From an uncultured Candidatus Micrarchaeota archaeon (GTDB lineage: Archaea > Micrarchaeota > Micrarchaeia > Anstonellales > Bilamarchaeaceae): a DNA stretch of 64,000 nucleotides. The first letter of the stretch is position 1, and every line of letters starts with the position of its first letter. The stretch spans positions 66,215 through 130,214 of the forward strand of contig CAWBTT010000004.1 in the NCBI GenBank assembly GCA_963791815.1. Reading direction: 5' to 3'. Under the pieces are notes generated by a model. It was not told the origin of the DNA, ran no database searches, and worked only from the letters and a program-made list of their open reading frames with translations. Both the position numbers and the translations under genes were made by a program. This document shows positions 1 through 8,484 of the stretch, piece after piece.

Positions 1-312
1 CCGGTCACATGGAAACAGAGCACTGACAAAGCGGCAAAGCTTGGAGAGAATGAGACAAAGGAATTCAAATTGGAACTCAAATTCAACGAGCTTGCATCTG
101 CCAAGGAATACGGGGTTCCGATAAGTATCAGATGTGTCTACAATGAGGAGCCGGTAATCCAGGAAGATGAAATCGCGGTGCTCAGCACAGGAAGAGAAGA
201 CAATATCCTCCCGGTGATTCTGGCTGCCGGATTCGTACTGGTACTGGCCATATTGGTTGGAAGGCACTTCTTCAGGCCAAAGAGGGAGGCCCCCAAAGAT
301 GGAAGTAATTGA
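1..312 (+). CDS. C-terminal fragment of a membrane-anchored surface protein (5' end outside window)
   Basis: Frame 1 is open from nt 1 to the stop at 310-312. It ends with a hydrophobic helix ILPVILAAGFVLVLAILVG followed by a basic tail RHFFRPKR. Confidence 0.4.
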   Translation, partial: PVTWKQSTDKAAKLGENETKEFKLELKFNELASAKEYGVPISIRCVYNEEPVIQEDEIAVLSTGREDNILPVILAAGFVLVLAILVGRHFFRPKREAPKDGSN

Positions 313-2470
313 TTCTGTAGGAAGGGCATATCACAACGCTGTGCCGCAGTATGCGGATTTTCTTGAGCGTGAGAGGTGGGGTGTCCTTGCTCTTTTCCTT
401 ATTTTCATAGCGTTCATGGCAACGCACGCAGTCCAGCTTGAGGTGGATTCATCCCAGGACTCGTTCTTCTATGAGGATGATCCTGTAAGGCTTCGAAATG
501 AACTTGTTGAGGCCAACTTCAACTCTGCAGATGCTCTGACAATATTCCTTCGTCTCGATAAAACATCAACTGACTTTGACAGGGTCCAGGATATTCAGGA
601 CCCCCAGGTGCTGGAATATCTCAATACCATCAAGAAGAAACTGATAGAAAAAGGATTTGTCGATTTTGTACTAACTCCAGCGGACAATCCCATCCTCTTC
701 AATTCTGAGGGTGGAAGTGCCCTCATCCTCACATACATGGACATGGGCTCAGATGATGCGCAGCTAAAGGACAGGAAAGGACAGATTGAGGAGATAATCG
801 ATAACACCAAAACCCCCACTGGGATTTACTTGAGTGTTGGGGGAGCCCCGGTCATTTTCTCTGAAGTCTCAAAACTTCTTTTCAATGACCTGATTGTAAC
901 AGGACTTCTTAGTCTTCTCATCATAGCATTCTCAATTAGGATATTCTATGGCAGCAACCAGATGACTATAGTCAACATATTCATCCTGGTTTGTGCAATG
1001 ATATGCATCTTCGGAAGCATGAAACTGATGGATGTTCCGCTCAACATTGCAACTGCCCTGATTGCAGTCCTGACAATAGGAATCGGGGTTGACTACACCC
1101 TCCACCTCCAGAATAGTTTTGTCAGGGGAGAAGGGAGAAGGAAATATGTCTTATCAGAGACTCTGAGGAAGGTAGGGCCGCCATTGACAATGGCCTTCAT
1201 AACAACGCTTATTGGTTTCTTCTCGCTTTTCTTCGCAGGCTCAAGAATCATGGAGACCCTTGCGATTTCGACTTCTTTGGGAATTTTTTACGTTTTCATA
1301 TTCAACATGACATTGACCCCGGTAATATTCCTGATTTTCGGCTCAGGCAAATCCGGATGGGGCAATTTCAGGAATCTGAAAAAGGTACTTTATTCGAAAA
1401 TGCCCGACTTTGCAAACATCATAGGAAATTACACTTTTGTTTTCGCGCTCTTGGTCACGGTGTTCGCATTCACAGTGATGTATGGAATCACGATGGTCAA
1501 TACTGAGACTGATTACTCTGGATTCATACCTGCAGATAATCCAATAATCATAGACATGAGCGAACAGGCAGATGCATTTCCTGGAACGACAAGCGCCATG
1601 AACATAATCATAGAGGCAGACGATGTTCTTGAGTATGAGGTTCTCAAGGAGATGGATGATTTTTCCAAAAGACTGGCTGGAATCGAATTTGTGGAGTTTG
1701 TAAGAACTCCTGCTGATGATATCAAGGCAATGAACAGTGGTCAGATTCCAGAGACAAGAACAAGAATTTCCCATCCAGACGTTGGTAATGACTACAAAAT
1801 GATAAGGATGACAGTTGGCTTCAGCAACCAGATTGCCAATGACAATGAGGTTTTCTACGGAACGTTCATACCAAAGATTAGTGAGAAATTCCCCACAAAA
1901 TATGAAACATATTACGCAGGCTCAGTTGCGTACAATACGAGGGAAAATGAGATTACTGAGTCTGGCTCGCAGAGCGTGACCATAGTCTCTTTTGCCCTGA
2001 TTTTCATCATCCTTGTGGTTTATTTCAGATCTATCGTCCTTGGAGTTCTGATGCTGCTCCCAATCTTCCTTGCCATTATGTCAACAATGGGAATTAACGG
2101 GTGGACCGGAATCCCATTCTCACAAATTACATCATCGATATTCGGTATCATCATAGGACTTGGGATGGATTTCTCCATACACTCAGGCAATGAGATGCGG
2201 GAAGAGCTTGCGCGGGGGGCCTCTTATGCCGGCGCTGTTGAGGCAACGCATGTACACCTTGCCAAGCTGCTTTTCCTGACTTCAATTACTACTGTTCTTG
2301 GATTCCTTGCCCTGCAGTTTGCCCAGCTCAGCTTCCTCCAGGACCTTGGATTGACCCTGGCTTTCGGAATCCTGTTCGCATTCTTTTATTCAGTATTCCT
2401 GCTCCCGGCTCTGATAATCGTCTATTACAAGGCAAAGAGGAACATTTCGAAAATCCTGAAAAGGAACTGA
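299..2470 (+). CDS. RND/MMPL-superfamily exporter
   Basis: Two-fold architecture: TM, large loop, then a 5-TM bundle, repeated. Duplicated motifs GIGVDYTLH and GLGMDFSIH are typical of MMPL/RND TM4. ATG 299 is preferred over TTG 257, which overlaps the upstream gene. Confidence 0.6.
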   Translation: MEVIDSVGRAYHNAVPQYADFLERERWGVLALFLIFIAFMATHAVQLEVDSSQDSFFYEDDPVRLRNELVEANFNSADALTIFLRLDKTSTDFDRVQDIQDPQVLEYLNTIKKKLIEKGFVDFVLTPADNPILFNSEGGSALILTYMDMGSDDAQLKDRKGQIEEIIDNTKTPTGIYLSVGGAPVIFSEVSKLLFNDLIVTGLLSLLIIAFSIRIFYGSNQMTIVNIFILVCAMICIFGSMKLMDVPLNIATALIAVLTIGIGVDYTLHLQNSFVRGEGRRKYVLSETLRKVGPPLTMAFITTLIGFFSLFFAGSRIMETLAISTSLGIFYVFIFNMTLTPVIFLIFGSGKSGWGNFRNLKKVLYSKMPDFANIIGNYTFVFALLVTVFAFTVMYGITMVNTETDYSGFIPADNPIIIDMSEQADAFPGTTSAMNIIIEADDVLEYEVLKEMDDFSKRLAGIEFVEFVRTPADDIKAMNSGQIPETRTRISHPDVGNDYKMIRMTVGFSNQIANDNEVFYGTFIPKISEKFPTKYETYYAGSVAYNTRENEITESGSQSVTIVSFALIFIILVVYFRSIVLGVLMLLPIFLAIMSTMGINGWTGIPFSQITSSIFGIIIGLGMDFSIHSGNEMREELARGASYAGAVEATHVHLAKLLFLTSITTVLGFLALQFAQLSFLQDLGLTLAFGILFAFFYSVFLLPALIIVYYKAKRNISKILKRN

Positions 2471-2548
2471 TTTCAGCGAAAATCAAATAAAGCACAATGA
2501 CGCAAAAATAATCAAAACGGTTTTTGCTCTGGAATCAGATGATGGCTC

Positions 2549-3166
2549 ATGCAGATAATAATAGATGGACTTCTACTCGGTTTTTCCATAGCGGCGCCCA
2601 TTGGTCCAACCAGTATTGAGATTATAAGAAGAGGTTCCAAATACGGATGGAAATCCTCTCTGATTTTCTTTGTTGGGGCGCTGATTGCCCTTAGCATATA
2701 TCTGATTATCGCTGTCTTTGGAGCATCTTTCCTGTTGCAGCCAGGCATGAACACCATGATGCTTTTCGCAGGAACAATAGTATTGTTCTACCTCGCATAT
2801 GACGCGTTCATGGATTTTAGGGGCAAGAGCATTGTCTTTACCGCCGATACCCAAAATGGGCAGAATTTCGCTCCGGGTTTTGTTTTGACAATATCAAACC
2901 CCGCAGTACTGGCAATATGGGCTGGTATCATAGGGGCAGAACTGGCATCCTCAGGCTCAATTGAAGGTGGCACGGCACTGGCAGTTGGGATTCTGGTTGG
3001 TGTATGCGCATTTTTCATTTCCCTGATAGTTCTTGTCCACAAATGCAAAGACTGCACAAACAATAAGAATTTCAAGTACATCTCGTTGGTAGCTGGGTTT
3101 CTGCTACTCTATTTCTCATTGAAGTTTTTGCACCAATTGGCTATAGAAGGCGGATTCTTCGCATAA
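2549..3166 (+). CDS. LysE/RhtB-family amino-acid efflux protein
   Basis: About 200 aa with 6 hydrophobic segments. N-terminal GLLLGFSIAAPIGPTSIEIIRRG matches the LysE signature. Confidence 0.6.
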   Translation: MQIIIDGLLLGFSIAAPIGPTSIEIIRRGSKYGWKSSLIFFVGALIALSIYLIIAVFGASFLLQPGMNTMMLFAGTIVLFYLAYDAFMDFRGKSIVFTADTQNGQNFAPGFVLTISNPAVLAIWAGIIGAELASSGSIEGGTALAVGILVGVCAFFISLIVLVHKCKDCTNNKNFKYISLVAGFLLLYFSLKFLHQLAIEGGFFA

Positions 3167-3226
3167 TTAGGAAAATGGGCTGTTGTGACGTGCCATCACT
3201 TCTTCCGCATTTTCAGAAATGGAAAA

Positions 3227-3360
3227 TGGGCCTGTCGAGATTTGAACTCGAGACTTCCGCGGGATTATTCCCTCTACGGCTAACTCAGACTGTCTAATAT
3301 GAGTTGTATTAGAACGCGTCATATAAGACCGTCGCTCTAACCAGGCTGAGCTACAGGCCC
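3227..3360 (-). tRNA. tRNA with two insertions; best fold gives anticodon UAU (Ile)
   Basis: Minus-strand read: GGGCCTG TA GCTCAGCCTGGTTAGAGC G ACGGT CTTATA [40 nt] A GCCGT [~19 nt extra, GAGGGAATAATCCCGCGGA] AGTC TCGAG TTCAAAT CTCGA CAGGCCC A. Acceptor, D and T arms are canonical. Confidence 0.7.
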
Positions 3361-3420
3361 ATTCAGAGGAGAATTAACCGATAAACGTTTTTAAAACCAT
3401 TAGCAGACAGAACAGGATAT

Positions 3421-4260
3421 ATGTATCAGGTTCTCAAGGGAAAAGAAGCTGCAGCGGCCGTGCTTGTTGAGGCAGAAGCTGCCGTGAAAAAGATGGAGCG
3501 GGCGCCAGGGCTGGCAATAGTGCTTGTAGGCAATGACCCAGCTTCAGAAGTTTATGTGAAAAAGAAACTCCAGAAAGCAGAGAAAATCGGCTTAACTACG
3601 ATATTGAAAAGAATGGACGACTCAGCAACTGAGGAGCAGGTTCTCGAGGTTGTTGATAAACTTAACAAGGATGACAATGTTGACGGATTCATTGTGCAGG
3701 CCCCCCTCCCCAAACATATTGACTTCTCAAAAGTACTTGGTGCAATTTCCCCAGAAAAGGATGTAGATGGCTGGACATCAGCCAGCATGGGAAAAATGGT
3801 AAGCGGCAGTGATACATTCTACCCGGCAACCCCCTTGGGAGTTATGAAAATGCTGGAATTCTACAAGGTTGAAATCAAAGGAAAGAATGCTACTGTGATT
3901 GGAAGGAGCAACGTAGTTGGCAAGCCGCTTGCGCTTATGCTTCTTGCTGAAAACGCGACAGTGACAGTTTGCCACTCAAGAACAAGAGATTTGGCTGAGC
4001 ATACAAAGAATGCAGATATACTAATTGCAGCAGTTGGCAAGCCAGGATTAGTCACGGCAGACATGGTAAAGGAAGGCGCATATGTGATTGATGTCGGCAC
4101 AACAAAAGTCGGAGAAAAAATTGTGGGCGATGTTGATTTTGAGAATGTGATAAAGAAAGCCAATTGCTCGCCAGTTCCAGGAGGAGCTGGACCAATGACA
4201 GTTGCCATGCTTATTTCGAATGTTGTGAAGGCGGCTCTGGCGAAGGATAGACAGCGTTGA
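3421..4260 (+). CDS. folD: Bifunctional methylenetetrahydrofolate dehydrogenase/cyclohydrolase
   Basis: YPATPLGVMKML, VIGRSNVVGKPLALML, TVCHSRT and PVPGGAGPMTVAML are all classic FolD blocks. Confidence 0.9.
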   Translation: MYQVLKGKEAAAAVLVEAEAAVKKMERAPGLAIVLVGNDPASEVYVKKKLQKAEKIGLTTILKRMDDSATEEQVLEVVDKLNKDDNVDGFIVQAPLPKHIDFSKVLGAISPEKDVDGWTSASMGKMVSGSDTFYPATPLGVMKMLEFYKVEIKGKNATVIGRSNVVGKPLALMLLAENATVTVCHSRTRDLAEHTKNADILIAAVGKPGLVTADMVKEGAYVIDVGTTKVGEKIVGDVDFENVIKKANCSPVPGGAGPMTVAMLISNVVKAALAKDRQR

Positions 4261-4998
4261 TTTCATCAACTTTTTTCATGAGCATCTTGTGAACTCCAGA
4301 ACCATACTGCATTGCCTTTTTCCTTCTTTGGAGAATGATATCCGGGACTCCGATTATTTTGCCTGCTTCCCTAAGGATTCCTTTTTTGAGTTCCCGATCA
4401 TCCAAGCGCTCTTCAATAGGAACCGAGAACATGAGTTTTGAGATTTTCTTGTTGTAATATGGGAACCTTGCCTCAATGCCCTGCTTTCTGCAGACTTTTT
4501 TTATCCAGCCAATGTCCCTTTGCGGAAGTGTCTTGAATTCGTCTTTCAGTATTTTTGGTAAGTTTTTTCCTTGTTCCTGATATGCATAATAGCGCTCATA
4601 GCCAACGAACAATTCTTCTGCTGCTGAACCAAAGAGAAGCGCGTTGTGCCCCTTTCGCCTTTGCCTCTTTTGCTATGATGTTCACCGGAACGAGAATTTC
4701 TACTTTGAGGAAATCAAGCGGAAGCTGGCCATAAACTTTGGCATATGCATCCATTGCGGTTTCTTCATCGATAATGATTTTGTTCAATGGAAGGCCAAGC
4801 CTTAGACGCTGCCCGCTCGGCATACTCCAAATCAGGGCTTCCCAGAACGCCTGCTGAGAAAAGTTCAACTTCAGCATGGCGCTTGGCAATTGCTGCTATG
4901 ATTGTTGAATCTATCCCGCCTGAAAAAGCAACAGCTACCCTGTCCTCAAGCGATTCCTGGACTGCGCAGCCTAAAAGATCAGATAACTCAAGAATCAT
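4211..4998 (-). pseudogene. Asparagine-synthase-like PP-loop ATPase, broken by two frameshifts
   Basis: Three consecutive ORF pieces in three frames (4765-4998, 4596-4889, 4211-4612). PP-loop AFSGGIDS is in piece 1. GLPLNKIIIDEE is in piece 2. HNALLFGSAAEELFVGYERYY and KKAMQYGSG are in piece 3. Shifts are at about 4800 (CC) and 4649-4652 (CCCC). Confidence 0.65.
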
Positions 4999-5086
4999 AG
5001 GATTTCAACCTTTGAAAGAACATGAATAAAAATACTGCGGAAATGAGGTGTGTTGATTCTTTTTTATTAATGATAACATTGGACAC

Positions 5087-5755
5087 TTGGATGTGAAGGT
5101 AGATGGATTTGGTTCTGCAGGTTCAATGAAGAATGTAATTGAACTGCTGGGAATTTTGATGGGTGATGGCTGGCTCGGCATATATGGAAGACCCAGAAGG
5201 AGAAAACAAGTCTGTTTCTGTGGCAATTTAAAAGAAGAAAGAGAATACCGAAAATACGTTCAAGCCCTTATAAAAACTACACTAAACGTCAATGGATATT
5301 ATCAAGAAAGGAAAACCAACAATACCTACTACATAATCATCAACAGCGAAACGCTATTTGATTTTTTCCATGAAACTTATGATTTTCCAGTTGGTAAAAA
5401 ATACTATTTTAACACCAAAAAGTTGCCCAAAACCTGGAACCTACAAAAAGTTTTGATACGGGGGATTTTCGACACAGATGGCTCATTCTTCTTGGACCGG
5501 GACATCAGATATAAAGTCCCATACCCTATCCTCGATATAACACTAAAAAATCAAGAAGTTCTAGAATGGATAGTAAATACATTGAAAAGACGGGGATTTA
5601 GAACAATAAAATACGGGAGGCACATACGATTAAAAGGACATACAAACATCCAAAAATGGTTTACGGAAATTTCTCCGAAGAACACAGTACATACAAAAAA
5701 GTATTCTCAATGGAAAGAAGAATACCATATTGGGCCCGTAGCTCAGCTTGGATAG
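5087..5755 (+). CDS. Free-standing double-motif LAGLIDADG homing endonuclease
   Basis: Two LAGLIDADG-type motifs, LLGILMGDGWL and LIRGIFDTDGSF, about 100 aa apart. The body is AT-rich. The last 8 codons are read from the 5' end of the next tRNA. Confidence 0.75.
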   Translation: MDVKVDGFGSAGSMKNVIELLGILMGDGWLGIYGRPRRRKQVCFCGNLKEEREYRKYVQALIKTTLNVNGYYQERKTNNTYYIIINSETLFDFFHETYDFPVGKKYYFNTKKLPKTWNLQKVLIRGIFDTDGSFFLDRDIRYKVPYPILDITLKNQEVLEWIVNTLKRRGFRTIKYGRHIRLKGHTNIQKWFTEISPKNTVHTKKYSQWKEEYHIGPVAQLG

Positions 5756-5878
5756 ATTGGGCTGGTGTTTTTATCAACTGCCCCAAGTCTAAAGCGACGC
5801 TCTCCTATGCGTCCGGAAGAATTGCCTTCCGAACTCCGAGACAGGCGAAGGTCAGGGGTTCAAATCCCCTCGGGCCCG
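5732..5878 (+). tRNA. tRNA-Arg(CCU) with two introns (D-arm and 37/38)
   Basis: GGGCCCG TA GCTCAGCTTGGATAGA [37 nt, 5757-5793] GC G ACGCT CTCCTA [35 nt, 5808-5842] A GGCGA AGGTC AGGGG TTCAAAT CCCCT CGGGCCC G. The spliced length is 75 nt. Pair 27:43 is an A:A mismatch. Confidence 0.7.
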
Positions 5879-5881
5879 CTT

Positions 5882-8149
5882 TTTTATTTCTCTAGGCTTT
5901 TTATTCTTTTTCACATAAACTATGTTAACCAAGACATAATAGTAACCACCTATCAGTCTGCAGTCTCGTTGGTCAAAAGAGGCAAATTCCCAAAAAACAT
6001 CGATATTGTACTCTATGATGAGGCTCACAACTCCATTTCGCCCGAAAGAGGAAAACTGCATGGGCAGATTGCTCCTGTGGAAATCGGACTTACGGCAACG
6101 CCTGCTTATGATGAAGAGAGGCATATCTGGAATGTTTTTGATGATGTGATATATGAGATGGATATCCAAGAAGCCATCGAAATGGGAGTGCTGAGTTCCC
6201 TCAGGGGATATGTCATTGAAACAGATGTTGATGTGACAGGTGTTAGGCTCAAATGTGGAAACGGATATTTGAATGAAAAGGATGCTGAAAGGCACCTAAA
6301 TGTCATTGCAAGAAACCAGGCAGCAAGAGATTTCTATCTGGATGGCTTCAAAGGAGTTCCAACAGTCGCATACTGCTTATCAAGAAGGCACGCAGAAGAA
6401 TTTGCTGCATTCCTCAGAGCATCATATGTCACGGCAACATTCGTTCATGGCAACCTAACACAGAGAGAAAGGAACTATCGCCTCCAGGGTTTTGAGAATG
6501 GCTCTTATGATGTCATAACCAGCAGAGATGTGCTAATCCAGGGATGGGATTCTGAAAGGCTCTCCATGTCCTTGAATCTGAGGCCCACATACTCAAGAGT
6601 AGTAAAAACACACATGGTTGGCAGAGTGATAAGAGCAAGGCCAGATAAGGAGTCTGGAGTTGTTGTGGAATTCCAGGATAATTATTCAAAGGGGCAGCAG
6701 CCAGTTCTTGTGCATCATCTTTTCAATCAGCTGCAGTATCGGCAGGGTGGATTGGTAGCTGCGCCTGAAAAGAAAAAAAGAGATGAAGAAGAGAGAGTAA
6801 GAAGGGGCGGAAAAGTCATAATATTGGGTGATTTGAAAGTTACATCCAAGGTCGTAAAGACGGTCGAACATTTTGTGAAGCGTGTGGCTCCTTTGGTTGA
6901 TTCCGATATTGACTTCAGAGATGCGAAATTGCTTAGGGAGATATTGGAATCGTGCAGTGATTTTGATTACAGGACAGCCACATGCGATGACTTCTATAAC
7001 ATGCATTTTTCACATCCGAGCTTCGGCGGGACCGGTAGAACATTACTGCGCAAACATCTGAGAATTGATTCCAAAACAGCGCTCAAGATGAATAAAGAGG
7101 ACTATGAAAATTTCATCAACTTTGTATTCGAGAATGAGGTTTGTGGAGACATCCTAGTTGATGAAACTATATTGACAGAACTGGATCCCGATTTGGCCTC
7201 TTATTCGCCTTTTGACTTACTAGACAGCAAAAGAAAGCAAGAAGCTGTAGTGAGAGCACTTTCGGCATGCCAACGAAGTGACGCAGAGGCAATTAGGTTA
7301 AATTTTGGTGTAGATGGTAAAGGAGACCATACCTTGAAAGAAACTGCTTCAATTTGTAGAGTCTCAACCACCACAATCCAAAACAGGGTAAATAGAGGGA
7401 TAGAAAGACTTCAGGAGCCACATGTTCTTAGAAGATTCAATTTATCTGACACGGTGGCTGAGGGAAAACTTGCAAAGAATATGATAAAGAGGGCTATGGA
7501 TAGGTCAATACCACCACATATACGAAGTTTAATGGTGGAAGAGCTAATTGAGAGGTTCCCGATAGGATTGCCTTGGATATATGTTGGATTCATGATGGAC
7601 TTAAGTTTGTACCCGAAAGCCAGGATTAAAGCCGGCGAAATGGCCATCAAGAATTTCTCAAATGACCTGGGTTATTCGGCTGGATGTTTGGATTCGAGGT
7701 TATTGATATTGGGACAATTCATCAGGACGCCGGGTTTACCGATAAAAGTCCGATTGGCTGCTGAGAAGGTATTGCTTGAAGTAACTACTGAAGGCCTGGG
7801 CAGAGAGGCCACTCTCAAATATTTACCATATGTTCCGATCTTAGTTAGCCGGAAGGGAAAAGAAATGCTAAGAAAGGCACTGGGAGATTCAGCTGCTCGA
7901 ACAAGCTCCGAACATCTTTGGGACGTGTGTCTAGGCAATGAAAAAGAGGAACTTGTCAGGGAGATAGCCGGTTTGGAATACCTGAAAAGAACCAGAGAAT
8001 ACAAATTTACCTACCTGGTGGAAAGAAAACTTAGGTCTTTGGCATTCGGACAGGACATCCCCGAAGAAGTAAGGAGAGCAGCAAGGGAACACTTAGGGAA
8101 AGCAGAGGATGAAAAGAGAAAATTGAGAAAAGAAAGGCAACACCACTAA
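5882..8149 (+). CDS. SF2 helicase-like protein lacking motif I, fused to a sigma-70 region-4-like HTH and HEAT-like repeats
   Basis: The frame is open from 5765, but 5765-5878 is tRNA. VTTYQS, LYDEAHN (DEAH), TATP and HMVGRVIR are present, with no Walker A. The first in-frame start after the tRNA is TTG 5969. RSDAEAIRLNFGVDGKGDHTLKETASICRVSTTTIQNRVNRGIERL resembles sigma-70 region 4. The C-terminus has P..VR..A repeats. Confidence 0.55.
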   Translation, partial: FYFSRLFILFHINYVNQDIIVTTYQSAVSLVKRGKFPKNIDIVLYDEAHNSISPERGKLHGQIAPVEIGLTATPAYDEERHIWNVFDDVIYEMDIQEAIEMGVLSSLRGYVIETDVDVTGVRLKCGNGYLNEKDAERHLNVIARNQAARDFYLDGFKGVPTVAYCLSRRHAEEFAAFLRASYVTATFVHGNLTQRERNYRLQGFENGSYDVITSRDVLIQGWDSERLSMSLNLRPTYSRVVKTHMVGRVIRARPDKESGVVVEFQDNYSKGQQPVLVHHLFNQLQYRQGGLVAAPEKKKRDEEERVRRGGKVIILGDLKVTSKVVKTVEHFVKRVAPLVDSDIDFRDAKLLREILESCSDFDYRTATCDDFYNMHFSHPSFGGTGRTLLRKHLRIDSKTALKMNKEDYENFINFVFENEVCGDILVDETILTELDPDLASYSPFDLLDSKRKQEAVVRALSACQRSDAEAIRLNFGVDGKGDHTLKETASICRVSTTTIQNRVNRGIERLQEPHVLRRFNLSDTVAEGKLAKNMIKRAMDRSIPPHIRSLMVEELIERFPIGLPWIYVGFMMDLSLYPKARIKAGEMAIKNFSNDLGYSAGCLDSRLLILGQFIRTPGLPIKVRLAAEKVLLEVTTEGLGREATLKYLPYVPILVSRKGKEMLRKALGDSAARTSSEHLWDVCLGNEKEELVREIAGLEYLKRTREYKFTYLVERKLRSLAFGQDIPEEVRRAAREHLGKAEDEKRKLRKERQHH
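5902..5929. repeat. Direct repeat copy A (tattctttttcacataaactatgttaac)
   Basis: Matches 8192-8220 at 26 of 28 aligned positions plus one 1-nt indel. This copy contains an ATG followed by only 5 codons. Confidence 0.7.
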
Positions 8150-8191
8150 CCGTCCTCTAAGAAAGCAAATGGACCCTAACTAGAGCGTTTA

Positions 8192-8220
8192 TATTATTTT
8201 TCACATAAATTATGATTAAC
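8192..8220. repeat. Direct repeat copy B (tattatttttcacataaattatgattaac)
   Basis: Partner of 5902-5929. The ATG in this copy is the start codon of the 8212 gene. Confidence 0.7.
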
Positions 8221-8484
8221 GATACTATTCCTCTAGGTGATATTATGGATATGAAAGAAGTTAGCGAGATGCTCGGGGGTCTCGTAAACGATTCTACAAT
8301 ACCGAAAAACATCAGAAAAGCACTCTCAGAGGCCAAAGGCCGTCTTGATGGAGATGATGAGATAAAATTGAAGGTCAGTGCGGCCATCTATCTTATCGAG
8401 TCCATTACTGAGGACATCAACATGCCTGCCCATGCAAGGACGCAAATATGGGCTATAATGAGCGCGCTGGAGTCGCAGAAATAA
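8212..8484 (+). CDS. Small conserved archaeal protein (UPF0147-like)
   Basis: 90 aa. DSTIPKNIRKAL...AAIYLIESITEDINMPAHARTQIWAIMSALE resembles the UPF0147 family pattern as I recall it. Its stop abuts the PolD gene start. Confidence 0.5.
   Translation: MINDTIPLGDIMDMKEVSEMLGGLVNDSTIPKNIRKALSEAKGRLDGDDEIKLKVSAAIYLIESITEDINMPAHARTQIWAIMSALESQK

Noticed and set aside
5656-5895. 79-aa ORF, and the first 38 codons of the 5765 ORF
   Set aside because: They are translations straight through the tRNA-Arg(CCU) gene and its introns, not coding sequence.
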